Shown: positions 36,730 to 42,089 of the stretch, in pieces | How the letters are laid out: each line of letters starts with the position of its first letter | How positions within the stretch are numbered: position 1 is the first letter of the stretch | Assembly: GCA_021791795.1 (NCBI GenBank) | Contig: JAJYVX010000006.1 | Span: forward strand, 1-42,089 | Direction of reading: 5' to 3' | Source of the DNA: Actinomycetes bacterium | GTDB lineage: Bacteria > Actinomycetota > Acidimicrobiia > Acidimicrobiales > Bog-793 | Length of the DNA stretch: 42,089 nt | The notes under the pieces: generated by a model | Told to the model about the DNA's origin: nothing | The model's database searches: none | Seen by the model: only the letters and a program-made list of their open reading frames with translations | Position numbers and translations under genes: made by a program

Positions 36730-38474
36730 GCCGTGCCTCCTCCACCACCTACCGCCGCGCCGGCCACGACCACCTCAGCAGCGGAAGCCGGCGCCGGCAC
36801 CGGCACCGGCACACCGGCCGAGGAAGCGGCCCGCCGGGCGTGATAGCTGGAGCGCGTGAGCGGGGAAGCCTCGACGTGGCTGAACCTCATGGCCTCGGCC
36901 GCCTCGCGCAAGGCCACGAACTCGGCAGGTGTCCACCACTTCGCTACTGGCAAGTGCCGCGAGCTCGGCCGGAGGTACTGGCCGATGGTGAGGATGTCGA
37001 CACCGACGGACCTGAGGTCGGCAAAGGTCGAGAGGAGCTCCTCGTAAGTCTCGCCGAGGCCGACCATGATGCTGGACTTGGTGACGAGGCTGGCGCGTTT
37101 CGCCCTGGCGAGGACTGCCAGGCTGCGGGCATAGGACGCCGACGGGCGCACGGCTCTCTGCAGGCGGCTCACCGTCTCGACGTTGTGGTTGAGCACGTCC
37201 GGCCTGGCGGCGAACATCGAGTCGAGCGCAGCTTCGTCACCCTTGCAGTCGGGGATGAGCACCTCGACGGACGTCCCCGGGCACTCCGCCCTCACGGCCT
37301 CGATACACGCCACGAAACCCGCCGCTCCCCCATCGACCAGGTCGTCCCGTGCGACCGCTGTGATGACAGCGTGAGCCAGCCCCATCCGCTTCACGGCAGA
37401 GGCGAGACGTCGAGGCTCGTCGGGATCCGGTGGCAGCGGATGCCGGGTGTCCACCAGGCAGAACCCGCAGGCACGGGTGCAGCGCTCGCCGTTGATCATG
37501 AACGTGGCCGTCCCGTCCGACCAGCACTCCGAGCGGTTCGGGCAGCCCGCCTCCTCGCACACGGTGACGAGCTCGAGGCCCTTCAGCATCGAGCGAAGGC
37601 CGAGCACGTTCGAGCCGAGCCGGACAGGGGCGCGCATGTAGTCGGGCTTGCGCTCCCGGAACGAGATCCCCTGAGCTGCGTCCACCCCGGCGGCGCTGAG
37701 TCGGCGCTCGAGTGGCGTCGCAGGCGGAGGAGGGTTGGGGGAGGGAGTTGGCATCGCTTTGCTGCTCGGACCGCTCTGCGATCTCGAGAAGGCGACGTCC
37801 CTCCGGTCGACCGGCCTCGCCCGGCCGCCGAAGCTGAAGGCCTCCCCGGCGTGCCGTGCGACGAGATCGACGACGTCGCGCATCGCCGCGTCGACCCTCT
37901 CTCTCGCGAGCGAGGTCACCGGCTTGTCCGGGATGCCGCACGGCACGATGTGGCCGAACATCGAGAGGTCCGGATCGACGTTGAGGGCGAAGCCGTGCAG
38001 CGACCGCCCCCGGTCGACCCTCACTCCGATCGCACATATCTTGCGTGGCTCTTCGGCCGAGCCGACCCAGACGCCCGGGTAACCGGCGAGCCGGCCGGCC
38101 GCCAAACCGAGATCGGCGAGCACGTCGACGACGAGCTGCTCGATCCGATGGACGAAAGCCGGTATGGAGCCGGAGGTGACCGGCACGTCGAGCACGGGGT
38201 AGCCGACCAGCTGTCCCGGTCCGTGGTACGTCACATCACCGCCGCGGTCGGCCTTCACGACAGCCGCCCCGGATGATGCGATGGAAGGCAGCAGGTTCGC
38301 CGCCCGCGTCCTCACCCCGCAGGTGTAGACGGGCTGGTGTTCGAGGAGGAGGAGGTAGTCGCCCGAGCGGTTGTCGTGCATCGCCCGCTGCAGCACGGCG
38401 GCCTCTTCGTAACGGACCCGTCCGAGCCAGCGGAGCCGCAGCGGCTCGGGCTCGGGCTCCGGCTCGCGTGTCAC
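36726..38474 (-). CDS. lipB-lipA: Fused octanoyltransferase (LipB) - lipoyl synthase (LipA)
   Basis: LipB part: LLEHQPVYT, DRGGDVTYHGPGQ, RKICAIG, HGFALN, IVPCG. LipA part: CEEAGCPNRSEC, CTRACGFC, NHNVET, GQYLRP, RSSY. One uninterrupted frame. Confidence 0.93.
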   Translation of the reverse strand: MTREPEPEPEPLRLRWLGRVRYEEAAVLQRAMHDNRSGDYLLLLEHQPVYTCGVRTRAANLLPSIASSGAAVVKADRGGDVTYHGPGQLVGYPVLDVPVTSGSIPAFVHRIEQLVVDVLADLGLAAGRLAGYPGVWVGSAEEPRKICAIGVRVDRGRSLHGFALNVDPDLSMFGHIVPCGIPDKPVTSLARERVDAAMRDVVDLVARHAGEAFSFGGRARPVDRRDVAFSRSQSGPSSKAMPTPSPNPPPPATPLERRLSAAGVDAAQGISFRERKPDYMRAPVRLGSNVLGLRSMLKGLELVTVCEEAGCPNRSECWSDGTATFMINGERCTRACGFCLVDTRHPLPPDPDEPRRLASAVKRMGLAHAVITAVARDDLVDGGAAGFVACIEAVRAECPGTSVEVLIPDCKGDEAALDSMFAARPDVLNHNVETVSRLQRAVRPSASYARSLAVLARAKRASLVTKSSIMVGLGETYEELLSTFADLRSVGVDILTIGQYLRPSSRHLPVAKWWTPAEFVALREAAEAMRFSHVEASPLTRSSYHARRAASSAGVPVPVPAPASAAEVVVAGAAVGGGGGTA

Positions 38475-38487
38475 CGCCGCAACCCAG

Positions 38488-40029
38488 TCACAGCTCGGCC
38501 GACCAGTCCCGCATGGCGATCTCGTCGGCCAGGGCACGGAGGAATGCGGAGGCATACGCCCCGTCGACCGCTCGGTGGTCGAAGGAGAGGCCGAGCATCC
38601 CGACCGAATGGATGGCGATCGCCTCGCTCCCGTCCGGACCGCTGACGACGACCGGCCGGCGCTTCACGCCGTCAGTCGAGAGGATGGCCACCTGGGGCTG
38701 GCTGATGATCGGTGCCGTGAGGAACGTGCCGAACGGGCCCGGGTTCGTGACGGTGAAGGTCCCTCCCACCACGTCGTCGGGAGAGATCCGCCTCGTGCGA
38801 GCACGGGCGGCAAGGTCCGCCATCGCCCGGGCGAGCCCCCTCAGCGACTGCCCGTCCGCATTGCGCACGACCGGGACGATGAGACCTTGGCGGTCGAGGT
38901 CGACGGCGATGCCGAGATGGACGTCACGGTGGATGACGAGCGAGTCCTCCCCGACCGAGGCGTTCATGTGGGGGAAGTCACGAAGCGCGTCGACCAGGGC
39001 CCGCGCCACGAAGGGCAGGTAGGTGAGGCTGATCCCCTCCTCCTCCTTGAAGCGGTCCCTGTACTCCCGCCGCACCTTCTCGATCGCTTCGTAGTCTGCT
39101 TCGACAGCCACGAGCGTGTGTGCAGATGTGGCCTTCGAGCGCACCATGTGCTCGGCGGTGAGCCGGCGGATGTTGGTGAAGGGGACGACCTCGTCCCGCT
39201 CCCCGGGAGCGCTCGGCGGGAACGCCCGCGCGGCGACCGCCGCCGGGGGCGCTGCTGAAGCGCCCGATCCCGGCGCGGGCGCCGGGCGCCCTGTGGAGGT
39301 CGAGGTCGGCGCCCCAACTTGGGCTTGGGAGGCAGGGGACGCCGCGGTACCCCCCGAAGCAGCACGCTGGTCGAGGTACGTGAGCACGTCGCCCCGCGTG
39401 ATGCGGCCGCCCTGACCGGTTCCCGGAATCTGCGAAGGATCGAGGTCGTGCTCGTTGATGAGCTTGCGCACGACCGGCGAGAGCAGCAGAGCCCCACCGC
39501 CGCCTGCACCTCCGGCCTGGGGCTGCGACGCCCGGCCGTTGCCGCCGGGCACGGTGCGGGCCGGTTGTGCGTTGGCGGGAGCCGCTCCGGTGTCCGGGGT
39601 CCGGGCCCCTGTCCCGACGGGAGCAGGCACCGAGTCAACCGCCGCCTCGGGCGGCGGCTCCTCGTTCGCCGCCTCCGCCGTGGCGGGTGCGCCGGCGGCA
39701 GGCGCCGGCTCGGTCGGCTCGGCAGGCTTGGCCGGCTCGAGAGGCGCGGCCTGCTCGACCGCAGGCGTTCCCGCGGCAGCACCCTCGCTGCCAGCCTCCT
39801 CTCCGATGACGGCGAGGCGCGTGCCCACGTCGACGGTCTCGCCCTCGTCCACCAGTATCTCGGTGAGATAGCCGTCCACAGAGGAGGGAACCTCCGAGTC
39901 GACCTTGTCCGTCGAGACCTCGAAGAGCGGCTCGTCCTGTGCGACGGGCTCGCCGACCTTCTTCAGCCAGCGGATGATCGTGCCCTCGGTCACGGTCTCG
40001 CCGAGCTGAGGCATCGTTATGTCAGCCAA
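38488..40029 (-). CDS. dlaT: 2-oxoacid dehydrogenase E2 (dihydrolipoamide acyltransferase, DlaT/SucB-like)
   Basis: Single lipoyl domain (STDKVDSE), Ala/Pro linker, E3-binding domain (GTGQGGRITRGDV), catalytic FDHRAVDG. Confidence 0.9.
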   Translation of the reverse strand: MADITMPQLGETVTEGTIIRWLKKVGEPVAQDEPLFEVSTDKVDSEVPSSVDGYLTEILVDEGETVDVGTRLAVIGEEAGSEGAAAGTPAVEQAAPLEPAKPAEPTEPAPAAGAPATAEAANEEPPPEAAVDSVPAPVGTGARTPDTGAAPANAQPARTVPGGNGRASQPQAGGAGGGGALLLSPVVRKLINEHDLDPSQIPGTGQGGRITRGDVLTYLDQRAASGGTAASPASQAQVGAPTSTSTGRPAPAPGSGASAAPPAAVAARAFPPSAPGERDEVVPFTNIRRLTAEHMVRSKATSAHTLVAVEADYEAIEKVRREYRDRFKEEEGISLTYLPFVARALVDALRDFPHMNASVGEDSLVIHRDVHLGIAVDLDRQGLIVPVVRNADGQSLRGLARAMADLAARARTRRISPDDVVGGTFTVTNPGPFGTFLTAPIISQPQVAILSTDGVKRRPVVVSGPDGSEAIAIHSVGMLGLSFDHRAVDGAYASAFLRALADEIAMRDWSAEL

Positions 40030-41479
40030 CGTGCAGGCCCCTTCCGGTGAGTGCGAGAACTGTCTCGCCGAACGTCTCGGACAGAGTCGGGTGCGGCTGG
40101 ATGAACGCGGCCACCTCTTCGGGCGTCGCCTCCCAGTTGACGGAGAGATACGCCTGACCCAGCTGCTCGGTCACCCACGGCCCGACCATGTGCACCCCCA
40201 ACAGACGGCCGGCCGACCCGTCGGGGCGCTTCTCGCAGATGACCTTAACCATCCCCTCGGTCTCACCGAGGATCTTCGCCCGGGAGTTGCCGCCGAAGGG
40301 ATCCTTCTTCACGACGACGTCGATGCCGGCGGTGCGGGCGTCCTCCTCCGTCAGACCGACGAAGGCGACCTCGGGGTGGCAGTAGATGCCCCACGGCACC
40401 GCCCCGTAGTTCACCGGCGTGACGCTCTCTGAGAGGATCTGCTTCACGATGACGATGGCCTCGGCAAAACCCACATGAGCCAGCTGTGGCGTAGCGACCA
40501 GGTCGCCCGCCGCGAACACCCCGTCTGGCCCGGTGCGCATCCACTCGTCCACCTTGACGAAGCCCCGCTCGTCGACCTCGACTCCGGTCCCCTCCCCGAG
40601 GAGGTCTTCCGAGAGTGGCCGGCGCCCGACCGAGACGATGACGGTGTCGACGACGACCTGCTCGCCGTCGCCGAAGCGCACCGTCGTGCCGCTCTCGTGG
40701 GGCTCGTGCCCGGAGACGGCGACTCCCGTGCGCACGGTGATGCCCCGCTTCTTGAAGGAGCGGGCTACGACGTCGGCGACGTCCCGGTCACAACCGGGGA
40801 GGAGCTTCGGCAGTGCCTCGAGCACCGTCACCCGGACGCCGAGGTCGGACATCATCGAGGCGAACTCGCAGCCGATCGCCCCGCCGCCGATGACGACCGC
40901 GGAGCGGGGGAGGGACGTGAGCGACAGCACCTCGTCGGAGGTGAGCACGTAGCGGCCGTCCACCGCGAAACCCGGGATCGTCCGCGGCACCGATCCTGCC
41001 GCAAGGACGATGTTGCGGCCGCGTATCCGGCGGAGGGAGCCGTCCGTCGCGGTCACCTCGACGACATGGCCCCCGAGCAGGCGGCCGGTGCCCTCGAAGG
41101 TCTGGTTCTTGCGCTGCCTCATGAGTCCGGAGAGCCCCTTGTGCAGCTGGTCGACGACCTTCTGCTTGCGATCCTGGCTGATGGCGAAGTCCACCGTGGG
41201 CTGGCTCACCTGCACGCCGAACTCCTTCGCGCCCGAGACGGTGCGGTAGACGGCGGCCGTCTCGAGGAATTCCTTGGCAGGGATACAGCCCCGGTGGAGG
41301 CACGTCCCGCCGACCTTGTCCTTCTCCACCACGGCCACCGACAGGCCGGCGGACCCGGCGTAGAGGGAGGTCGCGTAGCCGGCGGGCCCGCCGCCGATCA
41401 CCACTACGTCGAACTCGGCCGCGTCGCCGTCCGCCTGTAGAGACTCTTTCCCACCCGCTCCGGCTCTTGGTTCGCTCAC
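40022..41479 (-). CDS. lpdA: Dihydrolipoyl dehydrogenase
   Basis: GGGPAGY, GGTCLHRGCIPAK, GGGAIG, HPTLSE. GTG 41479 with TAGGCT 8 nt upstream. Confidence 0.95.
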   Translation of the reverse strand: MSEPRAGAGGKESLQADGDAAEFDVVVIGGGPAGYATSLYAGSAGLSVAVVEKDKVGGTCLHRGCIPAKEFLETAAVYRTVSGAKEFGVQVSQPTVDFAISQDRKQKVVDQLHKGLSGLMRQRKNQTFEGTGRLLGGHVVEVTATDGSLRRIRGRNIVLAAGSVPRTIPGFAVDGRYVLTSDEVLSLTSLPRSAVVIGGGAIGCEFASMMSDLGVRVTVLEALPKLLPGCDRDVADVVARSFKKRGITVRTGVAVSGHEPHESGTTVRFGDGEQVVVDTVIVSVGRRPLSEDLLGEGTGVEVDERGFVKVDEWMRTGPDGVFAAGDLVATPQLAHVGFAEAIVIVKQILSESVTPVNYGAVPWGIYCHPEVAFVGLTEEDARTAGIDVVVKKDPFGGNSRAKILGETEGMVKVICEKRPDGSAGRLLGVHMVGPWVTEQLGQAYLSVNWEATPEEVAAFIQPHPTLSETFGETVLALTGRGLHVG

Positions 41480-41490
41480 GTGAGCGCAGC

Positions 41491-42066
41491 CTAATGGCCG
41501 CGCGGCGCCGGCTTGCCGAGAAGGCCGCTCTCGTCGAGCACCGTGAGCACTTCCCTCGCGCATTCCTCGGGCGATCGTCCGACGGTCTTCAACACGACGT
41601 CGGGATCGCGCGGCTCCTCGTAGGGCGACGAGATGCCGGTGAAGCGCGGCACCTCGCCCCGCCTCGCCCTCTCGTAGAGGCCCTTCGGGTCGCGCTCCTC
41701 GCAGACCTCGAGAGGCGTGGCGACGAAGACCTCGACGAAGCCCAGTCCGGCCTCCCTGTGCCGGTCCCGCACCGCCTGACGCCCCGCCTCGAAGGGGCTT
41801 ATGACCGTGACGAGCACCACGTGGCCGATGTCGGCGACCAGCATCGCGACCTCGCCCACCCGCCGCACGTTCTCGAGACGGTCCTCCTCGCTGAAGCCGA
41901 GGTCGCGGTTGAGGCCGGTCCGCAGCATGTCACCGTCCAGCAGGAACGACCTGACCGCGCGCTCGTCGAGCATCGCTTTCAGGCTGGAGGCCACCGTCGT
42001 CTTGCCCGCTCCCGAGAGGCCGGTGAACCAGACGGTGGTGCGGTGCTCGCCCTCGGGGCCGGTCAC
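41491..42066 (-). CDS. cysC: Adenylyl-sulfate (APS) kinase
   Basis: WFTGLSGAGKTT, LDGD.LR, LGFSEEDR.EN.RR, RDPKGLY, FTGISSPYE. Confidence 0.95.
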   Translation of the reverse strand: MTGPEGEHRTTVWFTGLSGAGKTTVASSLKAMLDERAVRSFLLDGDMLRTGLNRDLGFSEEDRLENVRRVGEVAMLVADIGHVVLVTVISPFEAGRQAVRDRHREAGLGFVEVFVATPLEVCEERDPKGLYERARRGEVPRFTGISSPYEEPRDPDVVLKTVGRSPEECAREVLTVLDESGLLGKPAPRGH

Positions 42067-42089
42067 TCGTTCCTCCGCAACAACATCCC
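42063..42089 (-). CDS. 3' end of an upstream gene (possibly sulfate adenylyltransferase subunit 1)
   Basis: Reads GMLLRRNE*, with TGA overlapping the cysC GTG (GTGA). GML resembles the CysN C-terminal AGM(I/L); only 8 residues are visible. Confidence 0.35.
   Translation of the reverse strand, partial: GMLLRRNE

Noticed and set aside
4898-41440. Many long antisense or alternate-frame ORFs (e.g. 4898..6331-, 10209..11801+, 18604..20700+, 23665..26046-, 30036..31844+, 36840..38276+)
   Set aside because: Arg/Pro/Gly-rich or motif-free shadows of real genes, expected in high-GC DNA where stop codons are rare.
1-42089. Functional link between sqr and cysC as a sulfur island
   Set aside because: They are 41 kb apart with unrelated genes between; no evidence of linkage.

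Overview
High-GC actinobacterial DNA. The F420-dependent LLM oxidoreductase, PAC2 protein, leaderless-type promoters and lipB-lipA fusion suggest an Acidimicrobiia-like organism (inference). There are three blocks. (1) ~1-5200 is a decaying accessory zone: the 3' end of a sulfide:quinone oxidoreductase-like gene, a structured intergenic segment, a frameshifted IS1634-family transposase with a divergent DUF6788-like gene, several gene fragments and an intact VOC-family gene. (2) ~5200-30040 is a ~25 kb catabolic cluster of unknown substrate: PTER-like amidohydrolase, Kce/BKACE cleavage enzyme, divergent 3,5-diaminohexanoate dehydrogenase (Kdd), MFS transporter, split peptide-type ABC importer, a ~1040-aa propeller plus PHP/DUF3604-like metallohydrolase, enoyl-CoA hydratase, SDR, ADP-forming acyl-CoA synthetase, two acyl-CoA dehydrogenases, 2-hydroxyacid dehydrogenase, ThDP decarboxylase, Zn alcohol dehydrogenase and an enolase-superfamily enzyme. 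No regulator, lysine aminomutase or Kal gene is present in the window. (3) 30063-42089 is a minus-strand housekeeping run: leuS, F420 LLM oxidoreductase, PAC2, phosphotransferase, M24 peptidase, lipB-lipA fusion, E2, lpdA, cysC. The best candidate for an undescribed system is block 2, possibly a degradation route for an N-acylated beta-amino or diamino acid such as N6-acetyl-beta-lysine (hypothesis only). All family calls come from motif recognition by eye; no searches were run.
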